Below are positions 21,846 through 30,573 of a stretch of DNA of 56,764 bases, in pieces. The stretch covers positions 62,001 through 118,764 of the forward strand of contig CAXBME010000028.1 of assembly GCA_963976765.1 (NCBI GenBank), in the 5' to 3' direction. The translations under genes were made by a program, and so were the position numbers. Positions within the stretch are counted from its first letter, which is position 1, and every line of letters begins with the position of its first letter. The DNA is from an uncultured Planctomycetaceae bacterium. Its GTDB lineage: Bacteria > Planctomycetota > Planctomycetia > Planctomycetales > Planctomycetaceae. Under the pieces are notes generated by a model, which had not been told where the DNA came from, did not search any database, and was given only the letters and a program-made list of their open reading frames with translations.

Positions 21846-23240
21846 ATGACGCGTCCGCTGGTTGTGATCAACGTTGTTGGCCTGACTCATGAAATGCTCG
21901 GTGAGAACACTCCGAATATTTCTCGACTGGCGGCTGATGGATTTTCCCGACCGATGGGAACCGTGCTGCCCGCTGTAACCTGCTCCGCGCAGTCGACAAT
22001 TCTGACCGGCACACTTCCACGAGAGCACGGCATCGTCGGCAACGGCTGGTATTTCCGAGACGTTTCCGAGGTCGCTTTGTGGAAACAATCGAACCGGCTC
22101 GTCCACGGCGAACGTGTTTACGATGCCGCTCGAAAACAGGATCCCAACTACACCGTCGCGAAGATGTTCTGGTGGTACAACATGTACGCCGACGTTGACT
22201 GGTCGGTGACTCCGAGGCCGTGTTACCCCGCCGATGGCCGGAAACTGTTTGACTCGTACAGCCAGCCCGTCGAACTGAAAGACGAACTGCAAAGCCGGTT
22301 TGGAATCTTCCCGCTCTTCCGGTTCTGGGGCCCGACTGCGGACATCACCAGTTCCCGCTGGATCGCGGACGCCTCGATCGAAGTCATGCGAAAACAGAAC
22401 CCGTCGCTGACTCTCGTCTACCTGCCGCACCTTGATTACAACCTTCAGCGGCTCGGCCCGTCCGATCCAGCCGTCACCGCAGATATCCGAGCCATTGATG
22501 CCGAGGCCGGCAAACTGATCGACGCCGCCCAGGCTCGCGGCGCGGAGGTGATCATTCTATCGGAATACGCCATCACCGACGTCGACCGTCCGATCCACAT
22601 CAACCGAATTCTGCGTGAGCACGGGTTTCTCGACACGCGAATGGAAATCGGCGGGTGGGAGACGCTGGACTATGGATCGTCGCGAGCGTTCGCGGTTTCC
22701 GATCACCAGCTCGCTCACATTTACATTCGCCGACCGGAAGACATTCCCAAAGTTGCGGAGCTTCTGAAACGAGTGGACGGTGTCGAGCGAGTGCTCGACC
22801 GTCAGGCTCAGGCCGAGTTTGGCATCGACCATGAACGCGCAGGCGAGCTGGTTGTCGCCAGCGATCGCCGGTCCTGGTTCACGTACTACTTCTGGCAGGA
22901 CGACGCCCTCGCCCCTGACTACGCTCGCTGCGTCGACATTCACCGCAAGCCAGGCTACGACCCGGCGGAACTCTTCGTCGATCAGGCGTTGAAGTTTCCA
23001 AAGCTGCGCATCGCGCGGCGGCTCGCGCAGAAGCTGCTCGGCTTCCGCTACTACATGGACGTCATTGGTCTTGACCCGAGCATTGTGAAAGGCAGCCATG
23101 GGCGATTGCCCGATCCCGGGTCAGAAGAAAGCGACGGCGCCGTCTTCATCAGCTCCTCAAGAACCGTCGAAACAGATAAGGTACTAATGACAGAAGTCAA
23201 AGACATTCTGCTTCGGATCCAATTTGGAAGTTCAAGTTAA
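21846..23240 (+). CDS. Alkaline phosphatase / nucleotide pyrophosphatase family protein (EboF-like)
   Basis: VVINVVGLT, PAVTCSAQST, HGIVGNGW, YLPHLDYNLQR, DHQLAH, DIHRKPGYDPAELF, KGSHG. Confidence 0.85.
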   Translation: MTRPLVVINVVGLTHEMLGENTPNISRLAADGFSRPMGTVLPAVTCSAQSTILTGTLPREHGIVGNGWYFRDVSEVALWKQSNRLVHGERVYDAARKQDPNYTVAKMFWWYNMYADVDWSVTPRPCYPADGRKLFDSYSQPVELKDELQSRFGIFPLFRFWGPTADITSSRWIADASIEVMRKQNPSLTLVYLPHLDYNLQRLGPSDPAVTADIRAIDAEAGKLIDAAQARGAEVIILSEYAITDVDRPIHINRILREHGFLDTRMEIGGWETLDYGSSRAFAVSDHQLAHIYIRRPEDIPKVAELLKRVDGVERVLDRQAQAEFGIDHERAGELVVASDRRSWFTYYFWQDDALAPDYARCVDIHRKPGYDPAELFVDQALKFPKLRIARRLAQKLLGFRYYMDVIGLDPSIVKGSHGRLPDPGSEESDGAVFISSSRTVETDKVLMTEVKDILLRIQFGSSS

Positions 23241-23253
23241 GTCGAGGTTCTCA

Positions 23254-24231
23254 ATGACATCGGGTAGCGACTTCGTCAATGACTGGCTGGCAGATCACGC
23301 TGAGTCACTGAATCGCCAAGCCCGATCTGCTGGCTTGTTGAGTCATGGTTCTCTTGTTGGCCAGGTTCGAGAGTTTCTCGTCAGTAATTTTTTGAAAAGC
23401 TTTCTTCCAGAGTGTGTCGAGATTGGCACCGGGCGAGTTTTCGACTCACAAGGAAATCGGTCAAAACAAATCGACATCGTCCTGTACGACAGCCGCTGCC
23501 CGGCCCTTCGGTTTCCGTCAGGTGTCGGCCAGTTTCCGATTGAGGGTGTTATTGCGACGATTGAAGTCAAGAGTTCACTTTCGTCAAAGCAAGCCGTGGG
23601 AAAAGCATTAGACAACTGTCACTCTGTTATGGCGTGCCAACTCGCACCAAGCACTTGGAGCTCGTCACATCCCATTATTGAAGGGCTTCTGTCGACCCCA
23701 CCTTCGCACAGATATCTTCACGAAGTCCGAGATTTTGCTTCCTCGTTATTACCTGCAACCTACGTCTTTTCGTTCCGCGGAACTGACAATGCAGAGAGCC
23801 TCCGAGATTGGGTCAAAGCTTGGTATCAAGAAAGAGGGCATCCAATGGCTGCGTCACTGCAAGGTATCTTTCCGAGTCTTCCACGTTTGATCCTTGCAGG
23901 AAAAACAATGGCGTTTTTCAACGACGTGACGATCAAGATCGATGGCTCCGACGATCAACATGGAAATCCAGTCACAATGGTCTTTGGGCCATTTTCTTCG
24001 CAATTCGAATTCTTCGCGAGTCACATCCTCTCCACGATATCGAGGCGATTCGAACTTGCGCACGCCGACGCGATGACAGTCTTCGACTTGAAGCAATACA
24101 ACCCGCTCTCAACTTATACAGCCGATGTTTCAAAATCACTTCATGAAAACCGCCAGCTGTGGCACGGCCTCTGGGTACGGCAATCGGTTACATCGTCACC
24201 ACCATCCGATGAAATTGCCGAATCTGACTAA
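23254..24231 (+). CDS. DUF6602-like PD-(D/E)XK nuclease-fold protein
   Basis: H...G..RE.....FL..FLP....G.G...D.....S.QIDIVLYD...P....E.V...IEVKS pattern. Confidence 0.75.
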   Translation: MTSGSDFVNDWLADHAESLNRQARSAGLLSHGSLVGQVREFLVSNFLKSFLPECVEIGTGRVFDSQGNRSKQIDIVLYDSRCPALRFPSGVGQFPIEGVIATIEVKSSLSSKQAVGKALDNCHSVMACQLAPSTWSSSHPIIEGLLSTPPSHRYLHEVRDFASSLLPATYVFSFRGTDNAESLRDWVKAWYQERGHPMAASLQGIFPSLPRLILAGKTMAFFNDVTIKIDGSDDQHGNPVTMVFGPFSSQFEFFASHILSTISRRFELAHADAMTVFDLKQYNPLSTYTADVSKSLHENRQLWHGLWVRQSVTSSPPSDEIAESD

Positions 24232-24251
24232 GCCCGATTTAACAGGATGCA

Positions 24252-24719
24252 TCAAACGTCAACCTGCGACGCCAGCATCTGGATCTCTTCCAACGGGACG
24301 AAGTTGCCTTTCCCGACTCCGGGGCAACCTTTCTGGATCCGCTTCCAGTCGGCCTCGCTGCCCAGGTTCGAATTCCAGAACGGCCACGTGCGACACTGCT
24401 TTGGTCGAGCGGGATAAATCGTGCAGCCGCGTTTCTTCGGATCGAAGTAAACGCAGTCGCCGTTTGCGTACTCGGTGAGCGAAACGCGACCTCGCGCCGG
24501 GCGAGTGTTCATGAGTCGGATTTCGCCGATCGGCTTGTCGAGAAATTCAGCGATCGCCCGAATTTCGTCTTCTTCGACCCAGACGAATCCCGGCCCCCCA
24601 GTGCAACAGTTGCCACACTGAGTACATTCAAACGAAAGCCCGTCGCGATACCACGGACCATCCTGTGCCGCGCCGTCCTGCTCTTGAGCCGTCGCTTTGT
24701 TGTGCGGTTTCTGGCTCAC
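24252..24719 (-). CDS. YkgJ family cysteine-cluster (CxxCxxCC) protein
   Basis: FECTQCGNCC, C.YF, CTIYPARPKQCRTWPF, CPG. Its GTG overlaps the mtd TGA. Confidence 0.9.
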   Translation of the reverse strand: MSQKPHNKATAQEQDGAAQDGPWYRDGLSFECTQCGNCCTGGPGFVWVEEDEIRAIAEFLDKPIGEIRLMNTRPARGRVSLTEYANGDCVYFDPKKRGCTIYPARPKQCRTWPFWNSNLGSEADWKRIQKGCPGVGKGNFVPLEEIQMLASQVDV

Positions 24720-25573
24720 AGGTTCTGCCCGATTTCAAAGACAGCCGCCGTGTCGAGCAGCAGGTCGTTCGCCGTGAACAGCTTTTGAACGGCAGCTTTG
24801 TGAATCTTCATTTTCGTGCCGCCAACTCCGATCGCTCCGTAACAGAACGCGCCGTTCTGCTCGGCGGCCTTGTCAAAGACTTCAATTCCTTCAATACCAA
24901 CCGGCGGGACAGCATTCAGATCGATTGCCACTTTCAGCGATGGGATCTGCGACCGCTGCTCTGCCGACAGAAGCTGAATGCCGGCCGCCCCCGTCGCGAT
25001 GATCATCTCAACGCCTTCAGCAGCCGATGCCAGCCCCGCTGGCGAGCCCGTTTCGTGAGCCGAAACTTTCGCTCCTTCAACTTTGGAACGCACCGCATTG
25101 CACGTTGCTTCAGCCTTCGCCGCTGACCGCGTTCCAATTCGAACGGTCGCCCCGAGGTTCGTTAGAATCTGAGCGGCTCGTTGGCCAACCGGCCCGGTAC
25201 CTCCAAGAAGCAGCGCCGTCGTCTGAGAAAGGTCGACATGCTTTCCCGCCGCCAGCACAGCTGCGGCGGCAGTTGTATTCGACCCATTCGAATCCATCAG
25301 GATTGAAACTCGCACCGGTCCGAAAAAGATCGACTGGACCTTCTCAAGCAAAGCTTCACCGGCGACGACGTTGCTTCCGCCGATGAAGATTGCCGTGTTC
25401 TTCAGCCTGTCTCCACCACGAGTAAACATCGCCCCGTGCACCAGCGACGTCACATTGTCCGGATTAACGCCGCCGTAAGAAAACAGCTCATCAACATCGG
25501 AATCCACCGCGACAACGCGATCAAAAGTGCTCGGTAGCGGATCAGTGTCGAGCTGAATGAGAATCTTTTTCAT
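24716..25573 (-). CDS. mtdC: NAD(P)-dependent methylene-H4MPT/H4F dehydrogenase (MtdA/MtdC type)
   Basis: QLDTD..PS.FD, FTRGG, TAIFIGGS, DSNGSNTTAAAAV, GGTGPVG, DLNAVPP.GIEG, YGAIGVGG.KMKIH; adjacent to fae. The mtdC versus mtdA label is inferred from the taxon. Confidence 0.88.
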   Translation of the reverse strand: MKKILIQLDTDPLPSTFDRVVAVDSDVDELFSYGGVNPDNVTSLVHGAMFTRGGDRLKNTAIFIGGSNVVAGEALLEKVQSIFFGPVRVSILMDSNGSNTTAAAAVLAAGKHVDLSQTTALLLGGTGPVGQRAAQILTNLGATVRIGTRSAAKAEATCNAVRSKVEGAKVSAHETGSPAGLASAAEGVEMIIATGAAGIQLLSAEQRSQIPSLKVAIDLNAVPPVGIEGIEVFDKAAEQNGAFCYGAIGVGGTKMKIHKAAVQKLFTANDLLLDTAAVFEIGQNL

Positions 25574-25614
25574 GATGTAGTTGCCTGAGCGATTTCACAG
25601 ACCGGGTGCAAACG

Positions 25615-25648
25615 AAGAAACCCGGCTTCGAATTGAAACCGGGTTCCT
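25615..25648 (-). terminator. Hairpin / possible terminator between fae and mtd
   Basis: Minus strand ggaacccggtttc-aattc-gaagccgggtttcttcgttt. Confidence 0.5.
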
Positions 25649-25671
25649 GCTGAGCAATTCAAACTGAAAGA

Positions 25672-26169
25672 CTAGCCAGCGTAGAACGGGTGCTTGGCGC
25701 TGTCCTTCTTGGCGACCATTTCGTCAACCGATGGCTCGTTCTTCATGGCGCGAGCGATCGACAGCTTGGTGGCTTCTTTGTTGTATTCGTAAATCTTCTT
25801 GTCGTCGTTCGCGTCCCAGTGAATGAACACGCCGCAGACGATGACCAGGTTTTCGGCCTGATCCTTAGGAATAACTCCTTCAGCAACAGACTCGGCAACA
25901 GCATCAGCAACAGCCTTCTGAGCTGGACCGAACATCTGAACGGCCTGCTTGGCACCTTTGATCGTCACTTTGGTGATCATGACAGTGGCGGGCTTGACGG
26001 CCAGGTTCGGCTCAAGGACTGCCAGCAGGTTACTGTGTCCGGCCTTCTGATCAGCCAGCGAGTTGGCGAATGCCGTTCCGACGGGACCATTCTTATCACC
26101 GATCATAAGATCGATATGAGCAACTTCGTTTCCGTCTCCAACCAGCGCTTCACCGATGAACAACGACAT
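25672..26169 (-). CDS. fae: Formaldehyde-activating enzyme
   Basis: IGEALVGDGNEVAHIDLMIG, AFANSL...GH, KPAT....KVTIK, QMFGPAQ.AVA, VFIHW. AGGAG upstream of ATG 26169. Confidence 0.96.
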   Translation of the reverse strand: MSLFIGEALVGDGNEVAHIDLMIGDKNGPVGTAFANSLADQKAGHSNLLAVLEPNLAVKPATVMITKVTIKGAKQAVQMFGPAQKAVADAVAESVAEGVIPKDQAENLVIVCGVFIHWDANDDKKIYEYNKEATKLSIARAMKNEPSVDEMVAKKDSAKHPFYAG

Positions 26170-26227
26170 GCGTTTCTCCTGTTGTCTGACTCTGGTTCCT
26201 GTAAAGTTCCGCGACGGCGTCTGATCA

Positions 26228-26270
26228 AACAAAAAAGCCGTTCAGAACATGACGGCGGCACCGCCGTCTG
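26228..26270 (-). promoter_or_regulatory. Putative attenuator (overlapping hairpin and terminator) in the fae leader
   Basis: Minus strand cagacggcggtgccgccgtcatgttctgaacggcttttttgttt: two mutually exclusive stems plus a U6 tract about 60 nt before the start codon. Confidence 0.45.
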
Positions 26271-26435
26271 AAAATTTGAGTTGAGGCTGCTACCGGACCG
26301 GCCATCAGCTTCCTTTGATGTGCGGTATCATTGGATTTGGCCTCTCCCCTGACAAGCGTCCGGCAAATCCGTCTGCCGATTTTCGCAAGAACGCCGCCGT
26401 ACGACTTCTGCACAAATTCTTAACGAATCCGAAGA

Positions 26436-27656
26436 ATGCTCGATCCAGAACCGCTAATTATCATCGGATCGAGCGTCCGAGCCGCCGCTCAGTCAGCAGT
26501 TCATGCTGGATTCAGACCGTGGTGCATCGACCAGTTCGGCGACCGGGATCTGACTGCGATCTCTCCCAATGTCCACACGGTCAGGGATTGGCCGAACGAA
26601 ATCGAGTCGGTGATACAGTCGTTTCCACAAGCAGATTGGGTTTACACCGGGGCGTTGGAAAACCGCCCCGTACTCATCGAGCGGCTTTCGCAATTGAGGC
26701 CACTGTGCGGCTGCAACCTGGAAACGCTGTCGAGACTGAGGGATCCCCTCTGGATTGTCGACACGCTGACGAAGGCGTCATTGCCCTGTCTGCCCGTCAT
26801 TGTGCCGGATTCAGACAACCCGGTTTCAAGCAGCACGGAATCCGGCGAGTGGGTCATCAAGCCGTTGGCGAGTGCCGCAGGTATTGGCGTTCGCGATCTT
26901 TCAGCCGGCTCCGCCGGAACAACCAGCCTCGACGGAAACTACCTGCAACAGAAGGCTCGCGGTCGAGTCATTTCGGGGCTCTATCTCGCCGTTGAGGATT
27001 CGACGCTGCTGATCGGTCTGTGCGAACAACTGTGCCGAGGTGACGACGCTGACGGACTTCACTATGTCTACTCCGGCTCGGTCGGGCCGCTCAATACAGG
27101 CGATGTTCCAGTCGGTGTTTTCGAACAGGCCCGGAAGATCGCCCTGGCGATTGCCGCCAGACTCCGAGCGGAACATATCCCGTTGAGAGGTCTGATCGGG
27201 ATCGACTTTGTGCTCGATGCTGAAACGGACGAGCTTTGGACGCTCGAAATCAATCCTCGCTACACCGCATCCGTCGAAATTTATGAGCGTGTATTTAGCT
27301 GGCCTTTGATGCAGTGGCATGTCGCTGCGTGTCGCGGTCAAGATTCCAACGCTGTGGAGTTACTCGATTCCCGGTCGTTCAACGGTGAATGGCAGGTTCA
27401 CGGTAAGCTGATCGTCTACGCGGAGCGCGATTTCGCTGCTCCTGACATCGTACCGCTCGTCGAACGCCTTTCTGCCAACGGCGTCAAAGAATCCATTATC
27501 GACGTTGCGGACATCCCGCAGCTCAAAACGCCCATTCGAAAAGACGAGCCGATCTGCACGCTGCTGACGGCTCAGGAAAATTTCGCAACGTGCCGTGCAA
27601 TGCTGACAGCCGGTGCGCATGAGCTGCTTTCTCTGATCCATGAGCTGGCCGAGTGA
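26436..27656 (+). CDS. ATP-grasp domain protein of the type found in H4MPT/methanofuran C1 gene clusters
   Basis: IIGSSVRAAAQSA..AG, IDQFGDRD, YTGALEN, KP..SAAG.G, GLIGIDF, LEINPRYTAS.E, ADIP, PICT; divergent from fae. Confidence 0.8.
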   Translation: MLDPEPLIIIGSSVRAAAQSAVHAGFRPWCIDQFGDRDLTAISPNVHTVRDWPNEIESVIQSFPQADWVYTGALENRPVLIERLSQLRPLCGCNLETLSRLRDPLWIVDTLTKASLPCLPVIVPDSDNPVSSSTESGEWVIKPLASAAGIGVRDLSAGSAGTTSLDGNYLQQKARGRVISGLYLAVEDSTLLIGLCEQLCRGDDADGLHYVYSGSVGPLNTGDVPVGVFEQARKIALAIAARLRAEHIPLRGLIGIDFVLDAETDELWTLEINPRYTASVEIYERVFSWPLMQWHVAACRGQDSNAVELLDSRSFNGEWQVHGKLIVYAERDFAAPDIVPLVERLSANGVKESIIDVADIPQLKTPIRKDEPICTLLTAQENFATCRAMLTAGAHELLSLIHELAE

Positions 27657-27660
27657 TTTC

Positions 27661-27698
27661 GCGAATTTTTCTCGAAGGGGCGAACTTTTTCTCGAAGG
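27661..27698 (+). promoter_or_regulatory. Tandem direct repeat upstream of the ECF sigma gene
   Basis: gcgaa-tttttctcgaagg and gcgaactttttctcgaagg; the ctcgaagg cores are 20 bp apart. Confidence 0.4.
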
Positions 27699-27774
27699 AA
27701 ACGGCCGGCGGCGGCACCTATCCTGAGACGCGATGCAGACCTCAGCGACTCCCCGCATCCTGATCCAGAGTGCG

Positions 27775-28350
27775 ATGACAGACTCGGACAACAATTCGGC
27801 GGCTCAGCCACCAGACCGCGAGCCGGCAATCGACTGGCCGTTGGAACTCCAGCGGCACGGACGGTGGTTGCGTTCGGTGCTGGTCGTCAGGAGTCGTGAG
27901 TCAGGCGTCGTCGAAGAACTGTTTCAGGAAGTCGCGTTGATAGCTCTGCGTGACGGGCACGGGGTCAGGGATAAACAGAAAGCGGCACCGTGGCTGTACC
28001 GAGTCGCCGTGCGGCAGGCATTGATGCATCGTCGAAAGATGGGGCGCGAACGCCGCCGTCTGTCATCGCTCACCGACCGTTCAATTACTGATTCAGATGA
28101 TCAATCGACAAACCCGCTCGACTGGCTGCTCGCTGACGAGCGAAACCAGTTAATTCGACAGGCGGTCGATGCTATCCCCGGAAAGGACGCCGAAATTCTC
28201 TTACTGAAGTATTCAGAAAACTGGAGCTACCGACAGATCGCCGAGCACCTTGACGTTTCTGAGCAGGCCGTCGATTCACGGCTGCACCGCGCGAGACAAA
28301 AACTTCGCTGTCGACTGTCCCAATTCCAGGTGATTGAGGTTTCTTCATGA
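27775..28350 (+). CDS. ECF RNA polymerase sigma-70 factor
   Basis: EELFQEV...PWLYRVAVRQ (region 2); LLLKY.E.WSYRQIAEHL.VS..AV.SRLHRARQKL (region 4). Confidence 0.92.
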   Translation: MTDSDNNSAAQPPDREPAIDWPLELQRHGRWLRSVLVVRSRESGVVEELFQEVALIALRDGHGVRDKQKAAPWLYRVAVRQALMHRRKMGRERRRLSSLTDRSITDSDDQSTNPLDWLLADERNQLIRQAVDAIPGKDAEILLLKYSENWSYRQIAEHLDVSEQAVDSRLHRARQKLRCRLSQFQVIEVSS

Positions 28351-29189
28351 GCAGTTTCGAAGAACCATTCGGTAAACAGTCGGCAGCCGCTGCCGAGTTT
28401 TCTCAATCGGAAATCGATCGCATGGTTGACGGCGAGCTTTCGGAAGAACAGCAGCGTTCGTTGCTCCAGCGTCTCGAAAATTCTTCGACTGGCTGGCGGG
28501 AACTCGCGCTGGCTTACGTGGAAGCTTCGGCCTGGAAGTCGCACTTCTCCGCGCCGGAAACAAGAGCAGGTTCAAACATAGCCGGCCTGCTCGCGACGAA
28601 TCCTGGACCCCGTCCGCCAGAATCGTCCACCGCGGCCGCAGCATCGCCAGAAGCCACCCAACCTTGCAAACCGAATTCAGGTACACAGTCATTTTCGTCG
28701 ACCGTTTTTGCGGCCATCGCCGTTCTGCTTGTCTTTGGGCTGGGAGTCTGGCTCGGACGGACTCAGGTTGAAAAGCCAATGCAGCCATCATACATCGCGG
28801 ACAGCATCGAACATGCTCAGGACAACGTCGACAACTCACCAGCACAGGACGAGCCTCAACAACCGGTGTCTTCTGTCGCTCACAACGCCGACCGATCAAT
28901 TCCTGAATCAGTCCAGGTTGTCTATAGCGATGGCCAGTCTGACGTGCTGCGAGTGGTCGATGTGCCCCTGGCAGCTTCCATCATGCTGGAGTCGCCGCAG
29001 CAGTTCGACGAATTCTGGGACCAACGCCGGTCGGCAATTCCTGCCGAACTGCGAGCTGAGTTAGAAAGGTCCGGTCACCAGATCAGTGAGTCTCGCGAAT
29101 TCTGGCCGGCTCAACTTCCCGACGGACGATCCGTCGTCATCCCTGTCAGCCAGGTCCGCGTTGCCAACAATCCGCTGGCGATCCCCTGA
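28347..29189 (+). CDS. Putative membrane anti-sigma factor
   Basis: ATGA overlap with the sigma gene; IDRMVDGELS N-terminal anti-sigma-like motif; one TM (FAAIAVLLVFGLGVWLG). Confidence 0.7.
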   Translation: MSSFEEPFGKQSAAAAEFSQSEIDRMVDGELSEEQQRSLLQRLENSSTGWRELALAYVEASAWKSHFSAPETRAGSNIAGLLATNPGPRPPESSTAAAASPEATQPCKPNSGTQSFSSTVFAAIAVLLVFGLGVWLGRTQVEKPMQPSYIADSIEHAQDNVDNSPAQDEPQQPVSSVAHNADRSIPESVQVVYSDGQSDVLRVVDVPLAASIMLESPQQFDEFWDQRRSAIPAELRAELERSGHQISESREFWPAQLPDGRSVVIPVSQVRVANNPLAIP

Positions 29190-29356
29190 TCTAACGAACC
29201 ATTGAATTGAACGATCAATTTCGACGCGAAGGGTCGCAAGGATCTGATGAGTTGCCCCTTTGCAAAACGCTGCGGCTTTGCATCAGCCAGTCGCACGGTG
29301 CGTTCTGAAAACTTCCAAATCCAAAACAGCTTCCATTTACTCAGGAGGAAATCGAA

Positions 29357-30472
29357 ATGAAGAAGCGCTGCCTCAACCTGCTGACGACCTTGTCTGCCGT
29401 CGTCGCGTTGGCCACAACCGCCGAGGTTGCAACAGCTCAGGACACATCGCAGTTGCCACGCGTCGTTGAACAGCCGGTCGGCGAGCCTCGAACAGTTCGC
29501 CCTGTGCAAAAGCGGGTTGAAGGGCTACGCGACATGATTCTGCTGGATGATCCATACAATGTTAAAGCCGTGAAAAAAATCGAGCTGGGCAGGTTCTGGA
29601 TCGGCCTCAACTGTGCCGAGGTTTCGCCGGCGCTGCGAAGTCAGCTCAAACTGCAAGGTGGCATTGGGCTACTCGTCGTCAACGCTTTTGAAGGCAGCCC
29701 TTCGCAGAAAGCCGGCCTGCAACAGCACGACGTCGTCGTCAGAGCGGGCGACACAGATATTGGAGCCGTCGGACAACTGATCGACGCTGTCCAGAAAGCA
29801 GGCAAATCGGAACTCAAGCTGGGGATTATCCGGGAAGGGCAGCCGAAAACGATCACCGTGAAGTCTGCCGAACGTCCGAAAGAACAGCAGGGAAATTTCA
29901 TTTACCTTCCCGGCACCGGTGGCGAGCACCGATTGCTCCTTCAAACACCGGAAGGCGCATTCACGTTTGTTGAGCCAGGTATCGTTCTCGACAACAGGCC
30001 GAACCTGCCAGCAACCAGGACGATCGACCGCAGACTGCCAGCCGGAGTTTCAATCACTGTCAAACGCAAAGCAGGCGAGCCGGCTTCAATCCACGTCGAA
30101 CGAGACAACAAAACCTGGGACATCAGTGCCGACCAGCTTGATCAGCTCCCCGAAGATCTCAGACCACACGTCCAGGCAATGCTCGCTCCTGTTCCGACGA
30201 AAGAATTCCCACCGAATTATTCTCCACACCGGTCTGGCACTGACAGGCTTCGGAACAAGCTACCGGGCACAGCGATTCCCCAGACCGGCCCGGTGATTCC
30301 GTTTCCAAAGTTCATGCCGCTCAATGATGGCGTTTTTCAGGGGAATGACGGTCCCAACTCTGCGTCGAAGGTGGAGTCTGAAATCGAAAAACTGAAACGC
30401 GAACTTTCTGAAGAAATAAAGCAACTGAGGCAGGCCATCAACGAACTGAAAAAGTCGAATGAAGCCAATTAG
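29357..30472 (+). CDS. Secreted PDZ-domain protein with C-terminal coiled coil
   Basis: Signal peptide; FWIGL...GLLVV...SPSQKAGLQQHDVV...IIREG; heptad tail; AGGAGG RBS. No protease domain seen. Confidence 0.85.
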   Translation: MKKRCLNLLTTLSAVVALATTAEVATAQDTSQLPRVVEQPVGEPRTVRPVQKRVEGLRDMILLDDPYNVKAVKKIELGRFWIGLNCAEVSPALRSQLKLQGGIGLLVVNAFEGSPSQKAGLQQHDVVVRAGDTDIGAVGQLIDAVQKAGKSELKLGIIREGQPKTITVKSAERPKEQQGNFIYLPGTGGEHRLLLQTPEGAFTFVEPGIVLDNRPNLPATRTIDRRLPAGVSITVKRKAGEPASIHVERDNKTWDISADQLDQLPEDLRPHVQAMLAPVPTKEFPPNYSPHRSGTDRLRNKLPGTAIPQTGPVIPFPKFMPLNDGVFQGNDGPNSASKVESEIEKLKRELSEEIKQLRQAINELKKSNEAN

Positions 30473-30486
30473 TGATTCTCCCAGAC

Positions 30487-30525
30487 CGTAAAGGTTCGCA
30501 GTCCACCGCGTAGCGAACCTTTACG
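30487..30525. terminator. Perfect 13-bp inverted repeat between convergent genes
   Basis: cgtaaaggttcgc ... gcgaacctttacg. Confidence 0.6.
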
Positions 30526-30573
30526 TAGACTCACCATGAATCGACTTTCGAGAAGTTACTCTCGACTCGTTCC

